From positions 25,068-89,067 of the forward strand of contig CBDCCZ010000021.1 of NCBI GenBank assembly GCA_965215005.1: 64,000 nucleotides of DNA. Direction: 5' to 3'. The DNA is from Kofleriaceae bacterium (GTDB taxonomy: Bacteria; Myxococcota_A; Polyangia; Haliangiales; Haliangiaceae). Shown piece after piece: positions 42,464-52,353 of the stretch (the first letter of the stretch is position 1; each line of letters starts with the position of its first letter). The notes below the pieces were generated by a model, which made no database searches, was not told where the DNA came from, and saw only the letters and a program-made list of their open reading frames with translations. Made by a program: the position numbers and the translations under genes.

Positions 42464-42724
42464 TCACCGAAGGGTGGGGAGATGCTCGGGGCGGACCAGT
42501 AGCTCAATGCTTCGAGCCGTGCGCGGCGTTCGGCGGATCAACCCCTTGCGCTCGAGCTCTCTCACCATTCTGTGCACGGTAGGCGGCGTCACGTCGAAGA
42601 AGCGCTGCATGTCAGCTTCGGCTGGTGGCCGTCGGTTGAGCTTGGTGTAGGAGTGAATAAAGGCCAGGTATTGGCCCTGTAACGGGGTGAAGTTGGCGCA
42701 ATTCGTCTGCGATGGGATCGACAC
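42464..42724 (-). CDS. Winged-helix (LexA-N/MarR-like) DNA-binding protein carried by the IS
   Basis: FTPLQGQYLAFIHSY..LNRRPPAEADMQRFFDVTPPTVHRMVRELERKGLIRR.P..ARSI; start uncertain. Confidence 0.85.
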   Translation of the reverse strand: MSIPSQTNCANFTPLQGQYLAFIHSYTKLNRRPPAEADMQRFFDVTPPTVHRMVRELERKGLIRRTPRTARSIELLVRPEHLPTLR

Positions 42725-42771
42725 GATCGTCGGATGATGATCCCGTCGGCGTTCTCTGGAAAGGGGACGCG

Positions 42772-43915
42772 ATGAACGTAAAATATGTGGTGGAGCTGAG
42801 CGAAGCGGAACGCGAGGAGTTACGGGCGCTTGTTCGCGGCGGGACGAAGTTGGCTCGCACCGTGAAGCGCGCCCAGGTTCTTCTTGCGGCTGACGAGGGT
42901 ACGGCGGATGCATCGATCGCTGCCACGGTCCGGGTCGGCACATCAACGGTGTATCGAACCAAGCGGCGATTCGTGGAGGATGGGCTCCAGCGAGCCCTCA
43001 ACGATGCCCCCCGACCGGGAGCCGGGCGTAAGCTGACAGGCAAGGAAGAAGCATTGCTGGTGGCGCTGGCGTGCTCAGATCCGCCCGCCGGCCGCGCCAG
43101 GTGGACCATGGAGGCTCATAGCTGGTGCGTTCGTCGAGATGACCGAGCACGATGAACTTTCGGGTGAGACCGTGCGCCGCCGCCTAAAGGAGAAAAAGAT
43201 CAAGCCTTGGCAGCACAAGATGTGGTGCATCCCGAACGTGAACGCGGCGTACGTAGCGCGGATGGAGGACGTGCTCGAATTGTATGCAGAGCCTGCTTCC
43301 GAGGAAGCGCCGGTCGTGTGCTTCGACGAATCACCGGTGCAGCTCATAGGAGAGACGCGCCGACCGATTCCTGCATCGGCCGGCAGACCCGCACGTATCG
43401 ACTACGAGTATCGCCGCAACGGCACCGCCAACCTCTTTGTGTTCCTGGACGCGCATCGCCCGTGGAGGCACGTGAAAGTGACCGATCACCGCAAATGCGA
43501 CGATTTCGCCGAGTGCATGCGGGATCTGGTCGACTCCCATTACCCAAACGCCAAAAAAATCCGAGTCGTGATGGACAATCTGTCGACGCACAGTGAAGCC
43601 GCGCTCTATCAAAGCTTCGCTCCCGCTGAAGCCCGACGCATCCTTCGCAAGATTGACTTCCACTTCGTGCCCAAGCACGCGAGCTGGCTCAACATGGTGG
43701 AGATCGAGATCGGTGTGCTCAAGAAGCAGTGCTTGAGCCGCCGCATAGAGGATCAGCAGACACTCCGCTCAGAGATCGCAGCGTGGCAGACCACGCGCAA
43801 CGAGACGGGCCGACGCATCCGGTGGATGTTCACAATCGAAAAGGCGCGCCAGAAGATGGGCCGAGCCTACCCGGAGCCCGCATCCGCCGCGTCCCTCGGT
43901 GAGGCCGCGGCCTAA
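42772..43915 (+). pseudogene. tnp: IS630 transposase, frameshifted by one extra G
   Basis: N-terminal HTH part (RAQVLL, PRPG, ARWT) and C-terminal DDE part (CFDE, VMDNLSTH, SWLNMVEIE) join in frame if one G at 43113/43114 is removed. Confidence 0.9.
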
Positions 43916-43981
43916 TGAGTCAAAACCACTGTGGCCGGGTGCTAGCCGGCGAGTGCAAGAGCGGTCAATTCTGCGGTGGAA

Positions 43982-46333
43982 TCACGGGACCCGGTCGAGA
44001 CGAACCTCTAGCTCGATTTCACTGCGACCGCGCCAGTCGAGCTCGCGCCGTTCGCTGGAATGTCCCTTGAGCCGCACTTCGAGCGAGGGAGCGGATGCCG
44101 GGTTGATGTTATCGAGTACCAGCGGAGTGCGCCCGCGTACCTTCCCTGCAATGAACACTTGCGCCCCGGATGGACGACTGCGAACCACCAGATCGACGCC
44201 CGTTTGCTTGAGAAACGCGACCACGCTCGGCTCGCCGCCGCCTTCCGGAACCAGAACTTCTTTGGTCCAGTCGCGATGGCCGGGCATGCTCACCAGCAAG
44301 GCGTATCGCCCTGGCGCTGCATCACGCACTTGCGTCGGCGTTTTCTCGGCCAGCATCTCGCCATTGACGAAGACGCTGGCGCCCGAAGGAATCGACTCGA
44401 TGAGGATCGAAGATCGCGTCACGACGCCGGAATCGCCGAGGACGAAGATGCCTAAGAGGACGCCGGCGGCGACGCACACGGCTGCCAAACTGCCGCGAAG
44501 CAGCCACCGAGACTTCGCTCGACGAATCTTGTAGGCATCGGGAATGACGTCGATTTCGAGCGCTGCGAGATCGCCTTTGAGGCTCTTCGGACCGCCGGTC
44601 GGCAGTCCGGGAAACGGCAACGGCGTGCGACTCGGGGCGGCTAACGGCAACGCTGGCTCGTGCACCGCCTCGATGACTCGTGGGGGCGCGGGCGGATCAG
44701 AAACGCGGTGCGAGGCCGCCGCTTTGCCTTCCTCGACGACGGCTGGGATGCCATCGGAGGCGGGGCCGCGGCCGCGCACCGGTCGCGTAACGCTCGGCTC
44801 AGTGACCCCGCTGCTGACGATGGCAGAAAGCACCGAGCCGCCTATCATGGGTGTTCCGCTCGCTGGGGTGCGGCGAGACGGTCTGCGTTGACCGAGCTCA
44901 CTAACCGCTGGTTGTGGCGTGCGCGCCAGCAGCGCCGGGTGGGCGGCACCCGTTGCGCGCGCGCGGAGGCGCTGCTGAGGATGCCGAGCCGGCGAGCGGC
45001 TGCGTGGGCCGCGGCGCGCTCGGGCATAGCCTGGAGCGGTGGGATCGACCTCGGTCGCTTCGGGCACGGCTTCGAGACGCGTTTGGGTGGGAGCGTCTTC
45101 TTCGGCTTCGTGTAGGGCAGAGCGGCCGCCGAGCTCGGTCTCGGAATCAAATCCTGGAGGTCCTGAGACGAGCGTGTGCTCCTCTCCCTCGCCAGCGGGG
45201 TCATTGACCGCCATCGTCTGAACATCGCGCGCCCGCGGCTGTCCGCCAGCCTGAGGCGGGTCTGGCTTTAGCTCGTCGATGGCAAAGATGACGCTGTTTT
45301 CGTCGGTGAACTCGGAGCGCTCCTGCACCAGCTGATCGGCGCTGAAGCGCTCGGTGGTGACCTCGGGAAGCCGCACGCGCTCGACCGGTATAGGCGTTGG
45401 CTCTGGTGCCGCTTCTTCATCGAGGACATGATGAAAGTAAGCGGCAACTTTGACGCTGGTGAAGACTGGCGAGTAAACGTGAAGGAAGCGCTCTAGGTCA
45501 GTTCCGAAGTCGGCGGCCGTTTTATAACGGTCACTCGGATTCTTCTGCAATGCGCGCATGACGATCCGCTCTAGCTGCGGCGGAATATCCCTGCGCAGCG
45601 TCGTTGGCGGCGGGATGTTTGCCTTGCGAACCATATCGAGAAGCTTTTGGATATCTTCCTCGAGATACAGCATTTGGCCCGTTAGCAGCTCGTAGAGCAC
45701 GATTCCGGCCGAGAAGATGTCGCTGCGATGGTCGACGGGGTCACCCCAAGCTTGCTCGGGCGACATGTAGTAATACTTGCCCTTGATGACACCAACCGCT
45801 GTTTGGCGCGCTCGCATCGTGGCTTTGGCGATGCCGAAGTCGACGATCTTCACCTCACCAGCGTGAGAGATCAACACGTTCTGTGGTGAGACATCTCGGT
45901 GCACGATCCGCAGTGGAGCACCGGTGACATCGCGTTTGCGGTGCGCGTAGTCGAGTCCAGTAGAGACTTCTTTTGCAATCCAGGCTGCGACATCGACTGG
46001 AAAGGCGAGCTGCTTTTCAGCACCTCGTCGTAGTAGCTTGTAGAGGTCCGCCCCATCTACAAACTCCATCGTGATGTAGTACGTATGGCCAACGCGACCG
46101 AGGTCGAAGGTCTGCGCGATGTTGACGTGTTGGAGCTGAACCGTGATCTTGGCTTCGTCGATAAGCATCTGCACGAACTGCTCGTCTTGCGAGAAGTTCG
46201 GGTGAATCATCTTGAGAGCGACGTATTTCTCGAAACCTGCGATGCCGCGGGTCTTGGCGAGGTAGATCTCCGCCATGCCGCCCACGGCGATCTGGTGAAC
46301 CAGGCGATAGGGCCCGAATTGCCGCTCGCCCAT
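43982..46333 (-). CDS. Membrane Ser/Thr protein kinase with two periplasmic PEGA domains
   Basis: GGMAEIY, VALK, HRDVSPQN, DFG, YMSPEQ; low-complexity linker; TM helix; two S.PSGA.V..G..TP repeats. Confidence 0.95.
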   Translation of the reverse strand: MGERQFGPYRLVHQIAVGGMAEIYLAKTRGIAGFEKYVALKMIHPNFSQDEQFVQMLIDEAKITVQLQHVNIAQTFDLGRVGHTYYITMEFVDGADLYKLLRRGAEKQLAFPVDVAAWIAKEVSTGLDYAHRKRDVTGAPLRIVHRDVSPQNVLISHAGEVKIVDFGIAKATMRARQTAVGVIKGKYYYMSPEQAWGDPVDHRSDIFSAGIVLYELLTGQMLYLEEDIQKLLDMVRKANIPPPTTLRRDIPPQLERIVMRALQKNPSDRYKTAADFGTDLERFLHVYSPVFTSVKVAAYFHHVLDEEAAPEPTPIPVERVRLPEVTTERFSADQLVQERSEFTDENSVIFAIDELKPDPPQAGGQPRARDVQTMAVNDPAGEGEEHTLVSGPPGFDSETELGGRSALHEAEEDAPTQTRLEAVPEATEVDPTAPGYARARRGPRSRSPARHPQQRLRARATGAAHPALLARTPQPAVSELGQRRPSRRTPASGTPMIGGSVLSAIVSSGVTEPSVTRPVRGRGPASDGIPAVVEEGKAAASHRVSDPPAPPRVIEAVHEPALPLAAPSRTPLPFPGLPTGGPKSLKGDLAALEIDVIPDAYKIRRAKSRWLLRGSLAAVCVAAGVLLGIFVLGDSGVVTRSSILIESIPSGASVFVNGEMLAEKTPTQVRDAAPGRYALLVSMPGHRDWTKEVLVPEGGGEPSVVAFLKQTGVDLVVRSRPSGAQVFIAGKVRGRTPLVLDNINPASAPSLEVRLKGHSSERRELDWRGRSEIELEVRLDRVP

Positions 46334-46345
46334 CGGCCCTCCTCG

Positions 46346-47362
46346 TTAGCCTCGACCGGCTCGCGGCTCTAGCGCATCTTCCTCGAAGAGGTCCTGGCCT
46401 TGGGCGGTCTCTGGGGTGGGCCCTTCACGAAGCATCTCAGCATTGCCCGGATGGATGAAGACGCCGACCAGACGCAATGGCGCTTTGGCGCCGCGATCGA
46501 AGGTACACACCACTTCGGTGGCAATTCCGTACGCAACGTTGACGATGTAGCTCGCGGCGGCGTTGGCAACCAAGTAGAGACCGAGACCGGCGCCGTAGGT
46601 CTTTCGGTCGATCTGCGTTGGCGAGTGCAAGCACTTGCTGATGTAGGCGAGAATCGTGTTCTTCGCGAGTCGCCCGAAGCGATCGCGAACCGCAATTGCA
46701 AACTGGCTATCAGTGGCCGCGTAGCGGATGGAAACCGGCTTGGGCGAGCGCGACTTGGTTCGGTCGTGCGGATCGATCTCGGCGAAAATTTGCTGGCCAG
46801 TCTCATCGACTGGTGCGTCGTACAGAGCGTTCATCAGCAGCTCTTCGCAAACCTGGCCGATGGCATTGCGCACTTGCCGCCGCATCTTCGATTGGGCGGC
46901 GAAGTCGAGAACCGTCTCGATGGCTTTGCCGCGGCCTTCGAAGTCGCGCAGACGCACGTAGTGCACCGGCGTACCCTCGGGAAGATACTTCTCGATCCCG
47001 AAGATGTCGCCAGTGAGAAGCTTTTGCGCGGTGACGAACACCCCGCGGTCGAGCTCCTCGCCGACGATGACGTGATTGACGCGGTGGTCGCGGAGAAAGA
47101 GCGTTAAGTCGGATAGCTTGGCGCGGGGCACGATGACCGCCGTGTGCGCCTTTTGCCGCAGCATAGGGAGGGCGCGCTCGACCGAGTCGGTATCGCCCTC
47201 ACCGATGGCATAGAAGATGTAGCGATGCGGGATGATTTCTGCCTGAATCGCCTCAGGCGAGCGGACCGCGTCTACTTCCGCCCCCGCCTGCTCAAGGTTG
47301 GCAACGATACGGCGGAGCTGGTCCAAATCATGCGCTATCGCGAGGACCCGGCGTCGACTCAA
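46346..47362 (-). CDS. Degenerate receiver-like domain + RsbW-like GHKL ATPase/kinase domain
   Basis: N-box EELLMNA, DRFG, GAGLGL; KLLTGDIFGIEKYL linker; receiver-like N-terminus without the acidic residues. Confidence 0.75.
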   Translation of the reverse strand: MSRRRVLAIAHDLDQLRRIVANLEQAGAEVDAVRSPEAIQAEIIPHRYIFYAIGEGDTDSVERALPMLRQKAHTAVIVPRAKLSDLTLFLRDHRVNHVIVGEELDRGVFVTAQKLLTGDIFGIEKYLPEGTPVHYVRLRDFEGRGKAIETVLDFAAQSKMRRQVRNAIGQVCEELLMNALYDAPVDETGQQIFAEIDPHDRTKSRSPKPVSIRYAATDSQFAIAVRDRFGRLAKNTILAYISKCLHSPTQIDRKTYGAGLGLYLVANAAASYIVNVAYGIATEVVCTFDRGAKAPLRLVGVFIHPGNAEMLREGPTPETAQGQDLFEEDALEPRAGRG

Positions 47363-47477
47363 AGTGTTTCCTTGCAGAGAGGCACCAGCCAGCAGACATC
47401 ATATCGAATTTCCGGCCTGCGGCAAAGATTGCAGTAGAGCCGCAAAGCGCGGTAGGTATGCGAGAGGGAAGACGATC

Positions 47478-47888
47478 TTGGCTGGTAACGCAAAACCCAA
47501 GCTCCTCATCGTCGATGACGAACAAGACATGCTCGACTTTCTCGAACGCGTCCTGCGACGTCGCTTCGCGGTGACTCGCTGCGGGAGCGCCGACGCCGCG
47601 ATTGAGCATCTCACGGATGGCGACTATCAGGTGTTGGTGACGGACCAAAAAATGCCGCGGGTGAGTGGTCTCGAGCTGCTCGAGCACATTCGCGGCAAGT
47701 ACCCGCGACTGGTGCGGGTGCTGCTGAGCGGCTTCACCGAGCTGGTCGACATCCAGCAAGCCATCGAGCGGTGTGGGATTCACAGCTACATTCTCAAGCC
47801 AGTCGATTCACGCCGCCTGCTGGCTGCCATCGATGAGGCGTTCGAGGTGCGCGACGGCTCGCGAGAGCTGCGGCCTCCCGAGAGCTGA
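47478..47888 (+). CDS. Single-domain response regulator
   Basis: LLIVDDE, VLVTDQKMP..SG, LSG, ILKP; TTG start after GAGGG. Confidence 0.92.
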   Translation: MAGNAKPKLLIVDDEQDMLDFLERVLRRRFAVTRCGSADAAIEHLTDGDYQVLVTDQKMPRVSGLELLEHIRGKYPRLVRVLLSGFTELVDIQQAIERCGIHSYILKPVDSRRLLAAIDEAFEVRDGSRELRPPES

Positions 47889-47896
47889 GCGAGGCC

Positions 47897-50329
47897 TCAG
47901 TACGAGTACGTGGCGCCGACGGTGAAGCGAACGTCTTCGTAGGGGTTGGGAAGGAACTCGAGTCGGGGCTCGTAGTCGAAGAAGGCATCGGGCTGGTAGT
48001 AGCGAGCATTGAACGCGTTGTAGGCCCACGCCTCGAGAAGCAGCTGTTGCATGGGTGCGTAAGCGACTCCGAAGGTGGCCTCCGCGCCCGGGGGCAAGCG
48101 GTCGAGCACGAGCTCGTGGGGCTGCACCACCAAATAACCCTCCATCTGAGTCTGCGGATTGATGACTCGGCCCCTGTCGTTGTACGTCCAGTCGCGATAC
48201 TCGACGAGTCGATTGGCGTCTTCTTGGGCGCCGAGTACCCGCAACCCCGTGGTCGCGCGCAGCTTGCTCGTCACTTCGAAGGCTCCGACGAGGTTGAACC
48301 AGTGCTCGGGCATGGCGCGGAAGCGGCCTTTGTCGGCGGTAGATATTTGTAGCCAGGTGTAGCCGAGCTCGATGAAGTGGCCGCCCTCGATGTAGAGCTT
48401 GCCGAGGAGCTCTGCAGAGTGGATATCGCGGTCGCCGACGTTCTCGTACCTTCCTTGCTGGATCTGAATCAAGTTGTCCAGTCGAGTGTAGGAGTAGTCC
48501 GCGCGAAAGTTCAGCTCGCGAATACGACGCTGGCCTTTGAAGATTCGCGCATTGACCTCGGATTGCCATGCCTGCGACCGCTCGGTCTCAAGGCCGGGCC
48601 GTCCGCCCGGGGTGACCGACTCACCGTTGCTGACGAGGTTCTGGAATACCGGCGGACGAAAACCCTGCGCATAGTTGAGCTTCACGTGCCAGTTGGGAAT
48701 GAATGCGTACACCAGCGCGCCCGAGACGGTGGTTTCGGTGTCATAGCCGAGCTTGCCCAGACTGTCCGGGGCCGCTTGTACGCGGGCACCGCCGTCGAGA
48801 ATGAGCTTCTCGGTGAGATGCCACTGGGGATTGAGATACGCACCCAAAACGGTGCGGCTGGCGGGAAAGGTGATGGTGAGGGGACAATCCTCGAGATATT
48901 CGACCTCGCCGACCTCATTAATGCGCTGCGGACAGGGCAGCGGGAGCCGCTCGAGTTGGTAGGGGCCCGGAAAGCTACTCTCGATACCAGGCCCTTGTCG
49001 GGTTCGCTCCGCGGTCTCCCTAAGCCACTCGTGAAAGGCTTCTACACCCAGCAGCAAGCGCGCGTTCGACGGTAGCTCGATGTCGTTGTCGATGGAGGTG
49101 CCGACGCGATAGGAAATGAACGGCACTCTGGTGGAAATGCCGCCTTCGAGCAGAGAGGGCACCGGCGCGGTGATGCCAATGTGGTTTTGCAGTCGGGCGA
49201 ACTGAACGCCGTAGGTCTTGATGTCGATTCCTGCGCGGCCGCTGGCAAAGCGCCGTTGATAGCGGCCGACGACGTAGCGATCGAAGAGGGTGATTTCGTT
49301 TTCGCGGGCGCGGCGACCTTTATCGATACATTGATCGGTCGGGTCGAAGTACGGCTCTTCGAAGGGGCAAAGAAGCTCGCCGGTTTCTGGGTCACGCAAG
49401 GTGTCTTCCGGCAAATCTTCTTGAATGACGGTGCCCGGAAAGCCAATGGGCGACTGCCGCTCGGCGAACGGGACGGATACCTCGACGGTGGCATCGCCCA
49501 CCCGAAGCTTGCCACCGAGGTTGAAGGCAAACGAGCGCGGCGGATTGGCCTGGGTGAGCGGCCCGTAATACAGCTCGGAGTTCGGCTGCGGCAGTGGAGT
49601 CGAAAACATGTGCAGCGGCAGCTCGTAGCCGGGGCCGAGATAGCTGTCGAAGCTGGTGTGCAAAAGGAGACTGGCATCACTCGAGAAGAGGTCCGTGATG
49701 CCGGCCATCACGTAGCCGCGAAATACGTCGCGATCGCCATTGCCGTTGCCGTAGAGCACCTTGGCCTCCACGCCATCGACGTCCTCGGCGTCTTTGGTGA
49801 CGACGTTGATGATTCCCATGAACGAGTTGGCTCCCCACAGCACGCCGCCGGGGCCGGTGATCATCTCGATGCGCTTGACTCGCTCGATCGGAAATACGCG
49901 ATGCAGAGACGGAGTGTTGATGATCGGGTCGAACATCGACACGCCGTCGACCATGAATAGGGATGCTTGTAGCGTGCCTCGGGTGAGGCCAAACGGAAAT
50001 TGCCCATTGAGGGCTGCAAGGCGCAGCCACCCCGGCACCGTGTCAACGACGTGCTCGACCGTTTGCAAGCCGCGCTGCTCGATCTCCTCTTCGGTGATAA
50101 TCGTGATGATCGCCGGCGCCTCTTGCACCGTCGTCACCCCTTTGGCGGCGGTTTGAACGATGTTTGCTAGATCGAGCTCTTCCGAGGCGGTGCCTTCTTG
50201 TGCCTGGAACTCCTCGAGCACGATCGTTGGCACCTCGATATCTACGTCCGTCTGCGCCCATGCCCCGGGGGCCGCGATGAGCGCGTACCCGAGCGTCAGG
50301 AGCATGATCTCGATCGGTTGTTTCGTCAC
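47897..50329 (-). CDS. TonB-dependent receptor
   Basis: Signal peptide; EAPAIITII, RIEMITGPGGVLWGAN, LNYAQGFRPP, YNAFN..Y; terminal YSY. Confidence 0.93.
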   Translation of the reverse strand: MTKQPIEIMLLTLGYALIAAPGAWAQTDVDIEVPTIVLEEFQAQEGTASEELDLANIVQTAAKGVTTVQEAPAIITIITEEEIEQRGLQTVEHVVDTVPGWLRLAALNGQFPFGLTRGTLQASLFMVDGVSMFDPIINTPSLHRVFPIERVKRIEMITGPGGVLWGANSFMGIINVVTKDAEDVDGVEAKVLYGNGNGDRDVFRGYVMAGITDLFSSDASLLLHTSFDSYLGPGYELPLHMFSTPLPQPNSELYYGPLTQANPPRSFAFNLGGKLRVGDATVEVSVPFAERQSPIGFPGTVIQEDLPEDTLRDPETGELLCPFEEPYFDPTDQCIDKGRRARENEITLFDRYVVGRYQRRFASGRAGIDIKTYGVQFARLQNHIGITAPVPSLLEGGISTRVPFISYRVGTSIDNDIELPSNARLLLGVEAFHEWLRETAERTRQGPGIESSFPGPYQLERLPLPCPQRINEVGEVEYLEDCPLTITFPASRTVLGAYLNPQWHLTEKLILDGGARVQAAPDSLGKLGYDTETTVSGALVYAFIPNWHVKLNYAQGFRPPVFQNLVSNGESVTPGGRPGLETERSQAWQSEVNARIFKGQRRIRELNFRADYSYTRLDNLIQIQQGRYENVGDRDIHSAELLGKLYIEGGHFIELGYTWLQISTADKGRFRAMPEHWFNLVGAFEVTSKLRATTGLRVLGAQEDANRLVEYRDWTYNDRGRVINPQTQMEGYLVVQPHELVLDRLPPGAEATFGVAYAPMQQLLLEAWAYNAFNARYYQPDAFFDYEPRLEFLPNPYEDVRFTVGATYSY

Positions 50330-50356
50330 CGAAGCCTCTGCCTTGAATTGAGAAAA

Positions 50357-50413
50357 GCGCCCTCAGGGCACGGCGGCGAATGCGCACGCCGTGCCCGCGA
50401 CTCTCGAGGGCGC
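50357..50413. other. Intergenic stem-loop between the OmpA and TonB-receptor genes
   Basis: Outer stem GCGCCCTC/GAGGGCGC and inner stem GGGCACGGCG/CGCCGTGCCC. Confidence 0.6.
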
Positions 50414-52353
50414 TATTGCGGCGCCGACTGCCGCACCTTGATGAAGTCGACGCGCTCGTTGAGCGGATCGGCGGCAGGATTGTTGCCCGTTGGACGCTCC
50501 GAGCCGATGCCGATGCCTTGCACCAATGCCGGCGGCACGCCGCTGCTCTTGACCAGATACTCAACGATGGCGTTGGCCCGCTGTTGGCTGAGTGACTTGT
50601 CGCGTTGTCGCGCTCGGGCAACCACGCGCGCATTGCTGGACGCGGTGCTTAGCGGGACGTGCACCTCGATGCGGACATCGATGTTGCGCCGCTTGATGAT
50701 CTCGGCCACCTGATCGAGGATCAAGCGCGAACCGCGGGTGAGGGTGGCGCTGCGCTCGTTGGCGAAGTCGACCCGATTGCCCATCAAGTTGATGCGGTCG
50801 CTACTCTCCTGCGGTCCAGTCTTGACTCGCTCATCCGGGCAGCCGTCGTTATCGTCGACTCCGTTGAGGGTTTCCGGATCGTTGGGGCAGCGGTCTTTGT
50901 CGTCGGCGAAGCCGTCACCGTCGTTGTCCTGATCGGGGCAGCCATCGTCATCCTCGAAGCCGTCCATGTCCTCAGGATCGCTGGGGCAACGATCGGTGAC
51001 ATCAGGAATGCCGTCGCCATCGTTATCGCGCTCTGGGCAACCATCTTCGTCCTGATAGCCATCTCGATCCTCGGGCTCATCCACGCAGGCGTCGCGCTCG
51101 TCGATGATGCCGTCGCCGTCATTGTCGAGCTCGGGACAGCCATCCTCATCTTGATAGCCGTCTTGATCTTCGGGCTCATCAGGACAGATATCGGAGGTGT
51201 CAGGAATGCCATCGCCATCGCGGTCGCCGCGGCCGATGGTGCGAGCGCCGCTGGGGGTGGGCGACCAGTTGATGCCCCCGAGCACACGGAAGTCATCTGC
51301 GCGCGCACCCATGAGACCGGCGCCGCCGCTGACCACGAGAGTGGTATCCGGGGTGAGCCGATAGTTGATGCCGCCCATGGCGTAGCTAGCGAGGTCGCCA
51401 TATCCCGCATCTTCGTAGTACATCGCGTCTTCGAGGTCGTTGCACTCCATACCACTATCGAGCTCGCAGTTGCCGAGCGCGAGTGCCGCCGGCAGTGGGA
51501 TGAAAGCCACCGCTTCGGCAGCGAGGAGGAGCTGCGGCAGCAGCTCGATGACGAATCCCGCGCCGGCCACTGCCTCTGGGCCGACATCGAGCACCGCGCG
51601 TGCGGCTGCGGCGTCTTCCTGTGGCAGCTTGGACTCGAGTACCGTGCGCTCGCGAAAGCGAACTCCCGCATTGGCCACGAGCTTGGTGCGGCTCAGGGCA
51701 TCGAACTTGTAGTCGAGCGCGATCCTTGGCTCCAACACGAAGCTCTCATCGCCAAGGAACATCTCCTCTTCCCCGAAAGGCACGTGGGCACTACCGACGA
51801 GGGCGGCGCTGAGGCCTTCGCGCGCAACCAAGAAGCGCCACTTGAGGCCAAGACGCACATCGAGGGGAGCAGATAGGCCTTGCGGCTCGAAGCCGCCCGA
51901 CGGATCGATGTTGCTTGGCAAGCGGAGGGCGATCAGGCCCGTCGATGGCTCCGGGCGCTGGTTGTCGTAAAGACCGCGTTCGCCGTAGCCGGTATCGGTG
52001 TCGGTGCGGTAAAGGCCGGTGTCGAGACCAAGCTCGAGGTTATCGGTGAACGAGAACGCCAGCGTCATGTGCATTGCGAGAACGAAGTCCAAGACGGTAT
52101 CGGCCTCGGCGTCGTCAGCGCCTGGCAGCGGCACGGCGACGGCGAAGGGGGCTTTGGCGTAACCAACGCCGAATTTGAACGAAAAATCTTTGGCCGACAT
52201 GACCTCGGCGCCTTCGAGCGAGAAGACGCCATTGGGGTCGTAAGACGGCCGGTAGAGCTGCGCATCGACGCCGGAGTCGGGATCGGCCAGCGCAGTCGCA
52301 GGCAGGCTCAGTAGAAGCGCCAGTGCCGCAACCCCGGGCTTACTCAGTTGCAT
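50413..52353 (-). CDS. Outer-membrane protein: beta-barrel + thrombospondin type 3 repeats + OmpA-like C-terminal domain (TraB-like architecture)
   Basis: Signal peptide; amphipathic strands; four D.DGDG..D..D.C...PE..(D/N)G..D.DGCP units; LSQQRANAIVEYL..G.G.ERP..N.RV.F. Confidence 0.9.
   Translation of the reverse strand: MQLSKPGVAALALLLSLPATALADPDSGVDAQLYRPSYDPNGVFSLEGAEVMSAKDFSFKFGVGYAKAPFAVAVPLPGADDAEADTVLDFVLAMHMTLAFSFTDNLELGLDTGLYRTDTDTGYGERGLYDNQRPEPSTGLIALRLPSNIDPSGGFEPQGLSAPLDVRLGLKWRFLVAREGLSAALVGSAHVPFGEEEMFLGDESFVLEPRIALDYKFDALSRTKLVANAGVRFRERTVLESKLPQEDAAAARAVLDVGPEAVAGAGFVIELLPQLLLAAEAVAFIPLPAALALGNCELDSGMECNDLEDAMYYEDAGYGDLASYAMGGINYRLTPDTTLVVSGGAGLMGARADDFRVLGGINWSPTPSGARTIGRGDRDGDGIPDTSDICPDEPEDQDGYQDEDGCPELDNDGDGIIDERDACVDEPEDRDGYQDEDGCPERDNDGDGIPDVTDRCPSDPEDMDGFEDDDGCPDQDNDGDGFADDKDRCPNDPETLNGVDDNDGCPDERVKTGPQESSDRINLMGNRVDFANERSATLTRGSRLILDQVAEIIKRRNIDVRIEVHVPLSTASSNARVVARARQRDKSLSQQRANAIVEYLVKSSGVPPALVQGIGIGSERPTGNNPAADPLNERVDFIKVRQSAPQ

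Larger units (their letters stand above)
42426..43942 (+). mobile_element. IS630-family element (1517 bp) with a passenger HTH gene
   Basis: Terminal inverted repeats GTACCCGGCCACAG / CTGTGGCCGGGTGC (13/14 match); TA on both sides (42424-25, 43943-44) in a CTAG context; DDE transposase inside. Confidence 0.95.

Noticed and set aside
50850..51230. Periodic DNA repeats suggesting a CRISPR array (also 41190..41770)
   Set aside because: They are degenerate in-frame coding repeats (TSP3 and DxDxDG) with no constant repeat/unique spacer structure and no cas genes.
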